A stretch of 62,583 nt of DNA from Mollicutes bacterium (GCA_012520435.1 JAAYOI010000019.1:1-62583); one strand, 5' to 3'. Positions 19,096 to 28,758 are shown, numbered from the stretch's first letter. The notes: a model not told the origin generated them from the letters alone. Numbers and translations are program-made.

Positions 19096-20094
19096 ATGGA
19101 TTTAGTAAGATTTGCCCTAGTAGGAAACTATAAAAGATTTTATCAAGATTTAAAGAAAATTGGAAAAGAAAAAAAGAAATCACCTCTTTTAATGTTTATT
19201 GATACTGCTTTATGTGTAATTTTTATAGGTGGGGGGTTACAAGATTATTTAAATTACCGTTTTTATGAAAAAAGCTGGAAAGAAAGAAGAAAATATGTAA
19301 CGATTGGATATCAAGCCAAAATGTATAAAAAAATGGCTAACATAAAATATGCTCCTTTCTTTTCCAACAAACCTAATTTTTTGCGAAATTTTCGCAAATA
19401 CACCAAAAGAGATTGGTACGATTCAGAAATGGAATATGAAAAATTAGAAGAATTCTTAAGTATACATGATACGTTTATTTTAAAACCTATTATTGGTTTA
19501 GGTGGAACTAATGTTCAAAAGATAGAGACTAAAACAATTGTTGATCGAAAGAAATTTTATGAAGATTTAAAAAACAAAAAAATGTTTATTGAAGAATTTA
19601 TCGTTCAAGATCCAAGATGGGGAGAAATATGTCCTAATAGTGTTAATACATTAAGAGTGATGACTTCAGTTGTAAATGGTAAACCAAAACTTTTTTTTGC
19701 TGCTGCTCGAATTGGTAGTGGCAAATATGTTGTTGATAATTTTCATGTTGGTGGAATGGCAGCATTAATTGATTTAGAAACGGGAAAATTAATTGGTAAT
19801 GGTTTTACTAAAAAATTAGATGAATATGAAAGACACCCTGTTACTAATATTAAAATTGATGGATATGAAATACCATATTGGAATGAAGTAAAAGAAATGG
19901 TTTTAGAAGCAGCACTAGTCAATGAAAATGTTAATGTTGTTGGTTGGGATGTAGCAATTACCAAAGATGGTCCAGTTATTATAGAAGGAAATCGGGGTCC
20001 AGGGTGGGATTTAGTACAAGTTTTATTAAATAAAGGAACAAAATATATGTTAGAAGATATAAAAAAAGAGATGAAACAACATGGTTTGTGGTAA
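19096..20094 (+). CDS. Orphan ATP-grasp protein (ATPgrasp_ST / RimK-related alpha-L-glutamate-ligase-like)
   Basis: 332 aa. NTLRVMT..RIGSGKYVVDNFHVGGMAALIDLETGKL..HPVT..GYEIPYW..VGWDVAITKDGPVIIEGNRGPGWDLVQ matches the family signature as I recall it. AGGAGG SD. Confidence 0.7.
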   Translation: MDLVRFALVGNYKRFYQDLKKIGKEKKKSPLLMFIDTALCVIFIGGGLQDYLNYRFYEKSWKERRKYVTIGYQAKMYKKMANIKYAPFFSNKPNFLRNFRKYTKRDWYDSEMEYEKLEEFLSIHDTFILKPIIGLGGTNVQKIETKTIVDRKKFYEDLKNKKMFIEEFIVQDPRWGEICPNSVNTLRVMTSVVNGKPKLFFAAARIGSGKYVVDNFHVGGMAALIDLETGKLIGNGFTKKLDEYERHPVTNIKIDGYEIPYWNEVKEMVLEAALVNENVNVVGWDVAITKDGPVIIEGNRGPGWDLVQVLLNKGTKYMLEDIKKEMKQHGLW

Positions 20095-20134
20095 AAACAG
20101 GTAATTAAAATTGCTCTTTTTTTATTAAAAAATA

Positions 20135-20163
20135 TTGTTAAACTAAAAAAAAACTAGTATAAT
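20135..20163 (+). promoter_or_regulatory. Sigma-A promoter of mnmG-rsmG
   Basis: TTGTTA, 17-nt spacer, TATAAT. Confidence 0.5.
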
Positions 20164-20189
20164 ATGTGCTGCTAAAAGGAGGTGGGAAT

Positions 20190-22058
20190 ATGCAATATGA
20201 GATTATTGTCGTTGGTGGTGGTCATGCTGGTTGTGAAGCCGCTTTAGCATCAGCTCGTAAAAATCACAAAACGTTATTAATAACAAGTAATATTAAAAAT
20301 ATAGCAGATATGGCATGTAATCCATCAATTGGCGGAAGTGCCAAGGGTGTAGTGGTAAGAGAAATAGATGCTTTAGGCGGAGAAATGGGAAAAAATACTG
20401 ATAAAGCGCAAATTCAAATAAAAATGCTTAATTATAAAAAAGGACCAGCTGTTCAAGCATTACGTGCCCAAGCCGATAAAATAACTTATCCCAAGGAAAT
20501 GTTAAACACCTTACAAAAACAACCTAATTTAGAAATATTAGAAGCAATGGTTGAAGATTTAATAGTTGAAGATAATACAGTTAAAGGCGTTATTTTAGAA
20601 AATGGCAATAAAATAAGTAGTGAAATCGTTATTTTAACAACTGGCACTTATATGAAAGCAGATATTTTGGTAGGAAGTACACGAACTCCAAGCGGACCAC
20701 ATGGTGAAAGACCAAGCCAACATTTAAGTGACAATTTAGTAAAACTCGGATTTAGTATTATTCGTTTAAAAACGGGAACACCTCCTCGAATTGCTAAAGA
20801 TAGTATTGATTTTAGTAAAACTAAAGTGGAAAAAGGAGATAATATTCATCGCGTTTTTAGTTTTGATAATGTACCAAATTATAAAATTGAAGATCAAGTG
20901 GATTGCCATTTTGTTTATACTAATGAAAAAGCACATCAAATTATTCATGACAACTTACATAAAGCCAGTATGTATGGTGCTTTAGATGATGTAAAAGGAA
21001 TTGGACCCCGTTATTGTCCATCAATCGAAGATAAAGTTGTCCGCTTTAGTGATAAAAAAAGTCATCAATTATTTTTAGAACCAGAAAGTTTATATTATGA
21101 TGATATTTATCTTCAAGGTTTTTCAACAAGTATGCCACATGATATTCAAGAACAAATGGTTCATAGTATTGAAGGATTGGAAAATGCTAAAATATTAAAA
21201 TATGCTTATGCAATTGAATATGATGCTATATATCCAACTCAATTAAAACAAAGTTTAGAAACTAAATTAATTAAAAATCTTTATACTGCTGGCCAAATTA
21301 ATGGTACTAGTGGTTATGAAGAAGCTGCTTGTCAAGGTTTAATAGCTGGTATTAATGCAGCCCTTCAATTAGAAGGAAAAGAACCATTAATTTTAAAAAG
21401 AAATGAAGCATATATTGGGGTTTTAATTGATGATTTAGTTACTAAAGGAATAAGAGATCCATATCGTCTTTTAACATCAAGAGCGGAATATCGTCTATTA
21501 TTAAGACATGATAATGCTGATTTAAGATTAAGAGAATATGGATATCAAGTAGGTTTAATTAATAAAGAGCAATATCAAAGATTATTAGATAAAAAGAGTA
21601 AAATTAAGGAATTAGAAAATATTTTAAAAAACACAATTATTACACCTAAAAAAACAATAAATGAATATCTTTTAAGTATTGGTTCTACTGAATTAAAGGA
21701 TGCAACTAGTTTATATGATTTATTAAAAAGACCAGAAATAACTATTGAAAAATTAAAAACTTTTATTAATATCGATTATGATGATGAAATAATAGAACAA
21801 GTTGAAATAAATAATAAATATGAAGGATATATTTCTAAAACAATGAAAGAAGTTAATAAAATGTTGCATTTAGAAAAGAAACTTATTCCAGAAGACATCA
21901 ATTATGATAAAGTTCCTAATATTGCTAGTGAGGCTCGTCAAAAATTAAAAGAAGTAAGACCTACTACCATTGGTCAAGCATTAAGAATAAGTGGTGTTAA
22001 TCCTACAGATATTTCTATTTTAACTGTTTATTTAAGAAAGGAATATCATTATGACTGA
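20190..22058 (+). CDS. mnmG: tRNA uridine 5-carboxymethylaminomethyl modification enzyme MnmG
   Basis: Start at ATG 20190 (MQYEIIVVGGGHAGCEAA, GGAGGTGGG SD). FAD fold. Confidence 0.96.
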   Translation: MQYEIIVVGGGHAGCEAALASARKNHKTLLITSNIKNIADMACNPSIGGSAKGVVVREIDALGGEMGKNTDKAQIQIKMLNYKKGPAVQALRAQADKITYPKEMLNTLQKQPNLEILEAMVEDLIVEDNTVKGVILENGNKISSEIVILTTGTYMKADILVGSTRTPSGPHGERPSQHLSDNLVKLGFSIIRLKTGTPPRIAKDSIDFSKTKVEKGDNIHRVFSFDNVPNYKIEDQVDCHFVYTNEKAHQIIHDNLHKASMYGALDDVKGIGPRYCPSIEDKVVRFSDKKSHQLFLEPESLYYDDIYLQGFSTSMPHDIQEQMVHSIEGLENAKILKYAYAIEYDAIYPTQLKQSLETKLIKNLYTAGQINGTSGYEEAACQGLIAGINAALQLEGKEPLILKRNEAYIGVLIDDLVTKGIRDPYRLLTSRAEYRLLLRHDNADLRLREYGYQVGLINKEQYQRLLDKKSKIKELENILKNTIITPKKTINEYLLSIGSTELKDATSLYDLLKRPEITIEKLKTFINIDYDDEIIEQVEINNKYEGYISKTMKEVNKMLHLEKKLIPEDINYDKVPNIASEARQKLKEVRPTTIGQALRISGVNPTDISILTVYLRKEYHYD

Positions 22059-22755
22059 AAAAGAATTTATTGAATACTTAAAAAAAATAAATATTAAAAT
22101 TAATGACGAGCAATTAAAACAATTTGATAGATATTATCAATTGTTAATAGAATGGAATGAAAAAATTAATTTAACATCTATTATTGATAAAAAACAAGTA
22201 TATTTAAAACATTTTTATGATAGTGCAACGATTGCTCAAGTAATTGATCTAAATAATTTAGATAATTTGTGTGATGTAGGTACAGGGGCTGGTTTCCCCG
22301 GATTAGTTCTTAAAATTCTATACCCTAACTTAAATGTAACATTAATTGATTCTTTAAATAAAAGAATTAAATTTTTAGAAAAAGTAATTGTAGAATTAGG
22401 ACTTAAAAAAGTCGAAGTTATTCATGCTAGAGTTGAAGAATATGCAAAAAATAATCGTGAAAAATTTGATGTTGTAACAGCTCGTGCTGTTGCTCCTCTT
22501 AATATCCTGTTAGAATATTGTTTACCATTGGTAAAAGTTGAAAAATATTTTATTCCAATGAAAGGTAATATTTCCCAGGAAATAGGAGAATGTCAAAAAG
22601 CTCTCAAAATACTTAATGGAATTGTTATTGAAAAGAAAGAATTTTTATTACCTATTGAAAACAGCCATCGAACCATTTTAAAAATAAAAAAAATGAGTGC
22701 AACATCTAATGAATACCCAAGAAAAAATAGTGAAATAAAAAAAAGACCATTATAA
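22051..22755 (+). CDS. rsmG: 16S rRNA (guanine527-N7)-methyltransferase RsmG
   Basis: 234 aa. DVGTGAGFPGLVLKI. ATGA-type overlap with mnmG. Confidence 0.93.
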   Translation: MTEKEFIEYLKKINIKINDEQLKQFDRYYQLLIEWNEKINLTSIIDKKQVYLKHFYDSATIAQVIDLNNLDNLCDVGTGAGFPGLVLKILYPNLNVTLIDSLNKRIKFLEKVIVELGLKKVEVIHARVEEYAKNNREKFDVVTARAVAPLNILLEYCLPLVKVEKYFIPMKGNISQEIGECQKALKILNGIVIEKKEFLLPIENSHRTILKIKKMSATSNEYPRKNSEIKKRPL

Positions 22756-22781
22756 TAAAATATTGAAAATGGTCTTTTTTT
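22741..22781 (+). terminator. Possible terminator after rsmG
   Basis: AAAAGACCAT...ATGGTCTTTT with a T-run. The loop is long (18 nt). Confidence 0.45.
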
Positions 22782-22783
22782 AA

Positions 22784-22827
22784 TTTTGGGAAATATTTTT
22801 AAAAAAAGATTGAATTATTTCCCAAAA
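22784..22827. repeat. 12-bp perfect inverted repeat overlapping the promoter of the Noc-like gene
   Basis: TTTTGGGAAATA (22784-22795) and TATTTCCCAAAA (22816-22827), with a 20-nt spacer. The arms contain GGGAAATA and TATTTCCC. Confidence 0.85.
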
Positions 22828-22838
22828 TGTAGTAAGAT
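22810..22838 (+). promoter_or_regulatory. Putative promoter of the Noc-like gene
   Basis: TTGAAT, 17-nt spacer, TAAGAT. The spacer begins with TATTTCCC. Confidence 0.4.
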
Positions 22839-22870
22839 GTATTTATAAGAATAGAAAGAGGGGAAATACC

Positions 22871-24445
22871 ATGGAAAATGAAAAAAAAGTTGTAGAACTA
22901 GATTTAGATGATATTTTACCAAATAGGTTTCAACCTAGAATAAAATTTGATGAAGGAAAAATTAATGAATTGGCTGAATCAATTAAAGAACATGGTGTTA
23001 TTCAACCAATAATTGTTCGGCCAATTGGTGATAAATATGAAATAATTGCTGGTGAAAGACGTTATAAAGCTAGTGTTATTGCAGGAAAATCAACAATACC
23101 TGCAATTATAACCGATTTAAATGATCGAGAAAGCGCAGAAATTGCTTTGATCGAAAATGTTCAAAGAGAAGATTTGTCACCAATTGAAGAAGCTATTTCA
23201 TATCGTAAAATATTAAATATGGGGTTAACACAAGAACAATTAGCAGACAAATTAGATCGTAATCAATCAACTATTTCTAATAAATTACGTTTGCTTAATT
23301 TAGAGGAAGATGTACAAGAAGCATTATTAAATAATAAAATTTCTGAAAGACATGCGAGATCTTTATTACGTTTACATGATCCTAAACAACAAGTTGCTAT
23401 GTTGGAAAGAATTATAAATGAAAGGTTAACTGTTCGTAGAACTGATGAAGATATTGATAAATTATTAAATGCAGACAATAATAATGAAAAAAATATATTA
23501 ATGCAAAATATTGAAGAAAAAGGAGAAACAATGGATAATAAAGAAAATATAGATTTTAATATTCCTTCTGAACCAATAATTAATGATGCTGATGAACAAC
23601 CAATAGATTTTATTGATGTAAATAATCCAATCAAACCTGAACTATTATTAGATTTTGAAGAACAAGAACCGGTTGTTGAAAACTTTAATATAAATAATGA
23701 AACTAGGTTTATAGATAATGCTGAAAAACCAGGCTTTCTTGATATTGACAAAATTGAAACAGAAGCACAAGATATACATATAGATAAACCGATTCCTAAT
23801 ATTGATGATTTATTGCAATTAAATTCTACTAGTACACCTATCGAATCTATTGATGAAGAATCTGATAAAGAACAAGAAAAACAACCAATCGAAGATAACA
23901 TTGATAATATTTGGACAAATAAATTCTTTGATATTGAAAATAATGCACCAGAAAATACCGCAGTTCCGCAAGAACCAGAAGAAACGGATAACATTTTTAG
24001 TGGCGATACTTTTGTTGACATAAGCCCTGATAACATTATACCAACAGATGAAAATGTAAATATTGATGAAGATTTGAATAAAGAAATAGAGTTTGATAAT
24101 AACTCATTCCCTGAAATAAACAATATATATAATAATGAAGATAATATAGATATGCCAGACATATTTAATGCTTATGAAACAGATAATGAAGATATTGATA
24201 ATTTAGGAATGAATCTTGATAATGTTATTACTAATGATAATATTGAGGAAATTAAAAAAGAAAATGAGATTTTATTTCAAAATAATGTTGAAGCAGGAGC
24301 TGATTTAAAAAGTATAATTAGTACAATTCGTAATTGTGCATCAGAAATAGAGAAAATGGGTTATGTAATAGAAACAGAAGAATTAGATTTTGAAAACGAA
24401 TATCGTGTAACCTTTAAAATAAATAAAGAAAAAAGTAAATTTTAA
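22871..24445 (+). CDS. ParB/Noc-family protein, Noc-type, with an acidic low-complexity insertion of about 270 aa
   Basis: 524 aa. PNRFQPR, GERRYKA (box II), HTH NQSTISNKLRLL, ISERHARSL, and a C-terminal Noc-like domain IISTIRN..MGYVIETEELDFENEYRVTFKINK. Residues about 200-474 are D/E/N-rich. It sits in the rsmG-noc position. Confidence 0.85.
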   Translation: MENEKKVVELDLDDILPNRFQPRIKFDEGKINELAESIKEHGVIQPIIVRPIGDKYEIIAGERRYKASVIAGKSTIPAIITDLNDRESAEIALIENVQREDLSPIEEAISYRKILNMGLTQEQLADKLDRNQSTISNKLRLLNLEEDVQEALLNNKISERHARSLLRLHDPKQQVAMLERIINERLTVRRTDEDIDKLLNADNNNEKNILMQNIEEKGETMDNKENIDFNIPSEPIINDADEQPIDFIDVNNPIKPELLLDFEEQEPVVENFNINNETRFIDNAEKPGFLDIDKIETEAQDIHIDKPIPNIDDLLQLNSTSTPIESIDEESDKEQEKQPIEDNIDNIWTNKFFDIENNAPENTAVPQEPEETDNIFSGDTFVDISPDNIIPTDENVNIDEDLNKEIEFDNNSFPEINNIYNNEDNIDMPDIFNAYETDNEDIDNLGMNLDNVITNDNIEEIKKENEILFQNNVEAGADLKSIISTIRNCASEIEKMGYVIETEELDFENEYRVTFKINKEKSKF

Positions 24446-24471
24446 TTAATTTTTAAAATTTACTTTTTTTT
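24431..24471 (+). terminator. Intrinsic terminator after the Noc-like gene
   Basis: AAAAGTAAATTTTA / TAAAATTTACTTTT 14-bp stem plus a T-run. It overlaps the stop codon. Confidence 0.65.
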
Positions 24472-24587
24472 ATTTGTCTAAAATATATAAAAATGTTAAA
24501 ATAATTATGATGAATAATTGATTTCATCATTTTTTATCAAAAAATAGAAAGGAATCTATTATATGAAAATAGATTTGAGTGATAGAT

Positions 24588-26543
24588 ATGGATTTTAAAT
24601 TAATATCAAAATACATACCAAGTGGAGATCAACCTCAAGCTATTGAAAAGATGGTTAATAATCTTAATAATAATTATCAATATCAAGTTTTGCTTGGTGC
24701 AACTGGTACTGGTAAAACTTTTACAATTGCTAATGTTATTGAAAAAATTAATAAACCTACTCTCATTATTGTTCACAATAAAACACTTGCCGGTCAACTT
24801 TATTCGGAATTAAAAGAATTATTTCCTGAAAATAGAGTGGAATACTTTGTTTCGTATTATGATTATTATCAACCAGAAGCGTATGTGCCTAAAACTGACA
24901 AATATATTGAAAAAGACGCATCTATTAATGATGAGATAGATGAATTGCGACATTCTGCTACTTCAGCATTATTAAATAGGAAAGATGTTATTGTGGTAGC
25001 TTCTGTTTCATGCATTTATGGGATTGGTGAAATTGAAGAATATCGCAATAAAATGTTAACACTTAATGTTGGTGATAGAGTTGATCGTAATTTCATTATG
25101 GAAAAATTAGTTGATATGATGTATGAACGAAACAACTTAGATTTAAAAAGAGGAAGTTTTCGTGTTCGTGGTGATGTTTTAGAAGTTGTTCCTGCAAGTC
25201 AGCGGGACAAAGGAATTAGAATTGATTTTTTTGGTGACGAAATAGAATCAATTAATGAATTTGATACTTTAACTGGAACTGTTATTACTAGTAAAAAAAC
25301 AATTAGTCTTTTTCCAGCAAGTCACTTTGTAACAAGCGAAGAAAAATTGAAATTAGCTATTGAAAATATAAAAAAAGAATTAGAAGAACAATTAAGTGTG
25401 TTTAAAACACAAAACAAATTATTAGAATATCAAAGATTAAAAGAAAGAACTAATTACGATATTGAGATGCTATTGGAAACTGGTTCTTGTCATGGTGTTG
25501 AAAATTATTCTAGACACCTTGCTTTAAAAGGACCAGGGGAAACACCAACAACTTTAATTGATTTTTTTGGTGATGATTATTTGATGATAATTGATGAATC
25601 GCATGTAACTATTCCACAAATAAGAGGAATGTATAATGGTGATCGTGCACGTAAAGAAATTTTAGTTGAATATGGATTTCGTTTACCAAGTGCGTTGGAT
25701 AATCGTCCATTAAATTTTGAAGAATTTGAAAAAAAGATAAATAAAGTTATCTTTGTTTCAGCAACCCCAGGTGATTATGAAATTGAAAAAAGTAATCATT
25801 TAATTGTTGAACAAATAATAAGACCAACAGGTTTATTAGATCCGACCGTTGAAGTAAAACCAACAAGAGGACAAATAGATGATTTAATTGAACAAATTAA
25901 TGAAAATATTAAAAGAAATGAACGCACTTTAGTAACAACTTTAACTATTCGAATGGCTGAAGAATTAACAGCTTATTTGAAAAAACTTGATATTAAGGTT
26001 GCTTATCTTCATAATGAAATAAAAACCTTAGAAAGATTAAAAATTATTAGAGATTTACGTTTAGGAAAATACGATGTTTTAGTAGGTATAAATTTATTAA
26101 GAGAAGGACTTGATATTCCTGAAGTAAGCCTAGTAGCTATAATGGATGCCGATAAACAAGGTTTTTTAAGAAGTGAAAGAAGTTTAATTCAAACTATTGG
26201 AAGAGCCGCTAGGAATGCTAATGGACGTGTAATTATGTATGCGGATAATATTAGTGAATCTATGCAAATTGCTATTAATGAAACAAAAAGAAGAAGACAA
26301 ATTCAAGAAGCATATAATCAAACTCATAATATAATTCCTAAGACAATTATTAAAGAAATTCCACCAATCATAAGTAATAATAAAGAAATTGAAGAAAAAG
26401 ATCCAATTAAATTAACAAAAGAAGAAAAAAATAAAATAATTAATAACATTGAATTTGAAATGCGTGAAGCTGCTAAAAACTTAGATTTTGAAAGAGCAAT
26501 GCAATTACGTGATATTTTATTTGAATTAAAAGGCGAAAAATAA
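24588..26543 (+). CDS. uvrB: Excinuclease ABC subunit B
   Basis: Start most likely ATG 24588 ([19 protein letters not shown]). Walker [10 protein letters not shown] and a C-terminal UVR domain. Confidence 0.95.
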   Translation: MDFKLISKYIPSGDQPQAIEKMVNNLNNNYQYQVLLGATGTGKTFTIANVIEKINKPTLIIVHNKTLAGQLYSELKELFPENRVEYFVSYYDYYQPEAYVPKTDKYIEKDASINDEIDELRHSATSALLNRKDVIVVASVSCIYGIGEIEEYRNKMLTLNVGDRVDRNFIMEKLVDMMYERNNLDLKRGSFRVRGDVLEVVPASQRDKGIRIDFFGDEIESINEFDTLTGTVITSKKTISLFPASHFVTSEEKLKLAIENIKKELEEQLSVFKTQNKLLEYQRLKERTNYDIEMLLETGSCHGVENYSRHLALKGPGETPTTLIDFFGDDYLMIIDESHVTIPQIRGMYNGDRARKEILVEYGFRLPSALDNRPLNFEEFEKKINKVIFVSATPGDYEIEKSNHLIVEQIIRPTGLLDPTVEVKPTRGQIDDLIEQINENIKRNERTLVTTLTIRMAEELTAYLKKLDIKVAYLHNEIKTLERLKIIRDLRLGKYDVLVGINLLREGLDIPEVSLVAIMDADKQGFLRSERSLIQTIGRAARNANGRVIMYADNISESMQIAINETKRRRQIQEAYNQTHNIIPKTIIKEIPPIISNNKEIEEKDPIKLTKEEKNKIINNIEFEMREAAKNLDFERAMQLRDILFELKGEK

Positions 26544-26605
26544 AAGTTTCAAAAATTTTCCAAAAAGGTAATCTATGATATACTAATATAATAGGAGTGA
26601 TAAAA

Positions 26606-27031
26606 ATGAAAATGATTATTATAAATGGAGATGGAAAAAAACGCATTAATAGTATCTTAGATTGGTTAATTTATATGTGCGGATATGCTTTAGTTTTGAT
26701 TAGTGTTTCTGTTATTTTTGATAATACTATTTATATAGATAATAGTTATTTTGGTTTATGGGCTTTAATTGCGGTTATTATTATTTATATATTAAATAAA
26801 ACAATAAAGCCGATTATTGTATGGTTAACCTTACCAATTACGGGGTTAACTTTAGGTTTGTTTTATCCTTTTATTAATGTCTTTATTTTAAATATTGTTG
26901 ATTTTATTTTAGGTAAGTATTTTGAAATAAAAGGTATTTTTATGGGGGTTATTGTAGCTATTATTATTTCTATTATGAATATATTAATGGAAAACTTAAT
27001 AATAGAACCATTATTAAGAAAGGGTAGATGA
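26606..27031 (+). CDS. DUF360 / holin-superfamily-IV-like membrane protein (YvlD-like)
   Basis: 4 TM segments. KPIIVWLTLPITGLTLGLFYPFINVFIL signature. Start at ATG 26606 with an AGGAG SD. Confidence 0.7.
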   Translation: MKMIIINGDGKKRINSILDWLIYMCGYALVLISVSVIFDNTIYIDNSYFGLWALIAVIIIYILNKTIKPIIVWLTLPITGLTLGLFYPFINVFILNIVDFILGKYFEIKGIFMGVIVAIIISIMNILMENLIIEPLLRKGR

Positions 27032-27032
27032 T

Positions 27033-27848
27033 ATGCAAGGAATTTTATTTGATTTTGGAATAATTAAAATATATTGGTATTCTGTTATTATGTTTATCGC
27101 TTTTTTTATTGGTGGTTCATTAGCACTACACGAAGCAAAAAAATGGAAAATACCTGAAGATTTTATGATTAATCTTTTCTTTTTTTTGTTTCCCTTAGCT
27201 GCTATTGGTGCTCGTGCTTATTTTGTTGCCTTTAATTGGTCATATTATAGTCAAAATATAAATGAAATTTTTAAAATATGGGAAGGCGGATTAGCTATTC
27301 ATGGAGGAATGATAGTAGGTTTAATATGGATAATTCTTTACAGCAAAAAATATAAAGTTAATACATGGCGTTTATTAGACATTATTGTTGTTAGCTTATT
27401 AATAAGTCAAGCAATTGGTCGTTGGGGTAATTTTTTCAATAAAGAAGCATATGGACCAGCTACTACTTATGAATTTTTAAAAAATTTATTAATTCCAGAA
27501 TTTATTATTGAAGGAATGAAAATTAATGGTATTTATTATCAACCAACCTTTTTATATGAATCTATTTGGTGTTTTATAGGGTTTGTTTTAATATTGCTTA
27601 TTAGAAGATATAAATATATTAAAATTGGTCAAATTACTAGTTTTTATTTAATGTGGTATGGTTTTGGACGCTTTTTTATTGAGTCTTTAAGGCAAGATAG
27701 TTTAATGTTAAATAACTTTAAAATGGCTCAAATTATATCAGTAATAATGTTTGTTGTTGGCATAATCGTGTTTTTTATACGCAAACAAGGTTCAAAATTT
27801 GAAAATCAATATAATGATAAGGAGAATGTTAATGTCATTACGTTCTGA
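27033..27848 (+). CDS. lgt: Prolipoprotein diacylglyceryl transferase
   Basis: 271 aa. WEGGLAIHGG and GRWGNFFNKEAYG motifs. Confidence 0.93.
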   Translation: MQGILFDFGIIKIYWYSVIMFIAFFIGGSLALHEAKKWKIPEDFMINLFFFLFPLAAIGARAYFVAFNWSYYSQNINEIFKIWEGGLAIHGGMIVGLIWIILYSKKYKVNTWRLLDIIVVSLLISQAIGRWGNFFNKEAYGPATTYEFLKNLLIPEFIIEGMKINGIYYQPTFLYESIWCFIGFVLILLIRRYKYIKIGQITSFYLMWYGFGRFFIESLRQDSLMLNNFKMAQIISVIMFVVGIIVFFIRKQGSKFENQYNDKENVNVITF

Positions 27849-28758
27849 TTGTTTGGTAATTGGTGCAGGTATAGCTGGGATGACAGCTGCTCTTTATTTA
27901 AAAAGATCAAATGTTAATGTTATTTTAATTGAAAAAAGTGCACCTGGTGGGCAAATTAATATGACATCAAAAATTGAAAATTATCCTGGGTTTGATAGTA
28001 TTGATGGGCCAACTTTAGCAATGAATATTTTTAATCAAATTAAAAGTTTAGGTGTGGAATATCGTTATGGCAATGTCATTGATATTGTTGATACAGGTAA
28101 AAGCAAAATAGTAAAAACCGATATGGATGAGATAGAATGCCAAGTAGTTATTATTGCGACTGGTCGTATTCCTAAAGAATTAGGTTTAGAAAATGAAAAA
28201 CAACTAACTGGTAGAGGTGTTAGTTGGTGTGCGGTATGTGATGGATTTTTTTACAAAGATAAAAAAGTTGCGATTATTGGTGGTGGCAATTGTGCATTAG
28301 AAGAAGCTTTATTTTTAGCTGATATTGCCAAAAAAGTATATCTTATTCATCGTCGTGATCAATTTCGAGCAGAACTTTGTTTACAAGATAAAATCAATGA
28401 AAAAAAGAATATTGAGATTATATTTAACAGTAATATTATTGAATTAAAAGAAAAAGATAATAAATTAAGTGAAATCATTTTAGAAACTAAGGGTAAAAAA
28501 GAATCATTACCGGTGGATGGTTTATTTATTCATGTTGGTTTTAAACCTAATTTAAGTTTTATTAAAAATTTAAATATTAAAACAGAAGATGAATACATCA
28601 TAGTTGACCAAAATATGGAAACTAACATAAAAAATATATTTGCTTGTGGGGATGTTATTAAAAAAGACGTTTATCAATTAACTACGGCTGTTGGTGAAGG
28701 CGCTATTGCAGCTACCAACGCTAAAAAAAGAATTGATAATACCCTTAATAAAATTTAA
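27832..28758 (+). CDS. trxB: Thioredoxin-disulfide reductase
   Basis: Start at ATG 27832 (MSLRSDCLVIGAGIAGMTAA). Redox centre CAVCDG and a second GGGNCALEEA dinucleotide fold. Confidence 0.92.
   Translation: MSLRSDCLVIGAGIAGMTAALYLKRSNVNVILIEKSAPGGQINMTSKIENYPGFDSIDGPTLAMNIFNQIKSLGVEYRYGNVIDIVDTGKSKIVKTDMDEIECQVVIIATGRIPKELGLENEKQLTGRGVSWCAVCDGFFYKDKKVAIIGGGNCALEEALFLADIAKKVYLIHRRDQFRAELCLQDKINEKKNIEIIFNSNIIELKEKDNKLSEIILETKGKKESLPVDGLFIHVGFKPNLSFIKNLNIKTEDEYIIVDQNMETNIKNIFACGDVIKKDVYQLTTAVGEGAIAATNAKKRIDNTLNKI

Noticed and set aside
19055-20163. The shared 9-mer TAGTATAAT on both sides of the ATP-grasp gene as a target-site duplication
   Set aside because: Both copies are plausible -10 promoter elements. 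A 9-mer of this composition is not improbable in such an AT-rich genome.
23263-24162. 299-aa ORF antisense to the Noc-like gene
   Set aside because: It lies exactly opposite the GAT/GAA/AAT-rich acidic tract. The complement of those codons is stop-free and gives a meaningless S/L/I/F-rich product. It has no SD.
24446-24587. SOS (LexA/Cheo) box upstream of uvrB
   Set aside because: I looked for CGAAC-N4-GTTCG-like sequences and found none.
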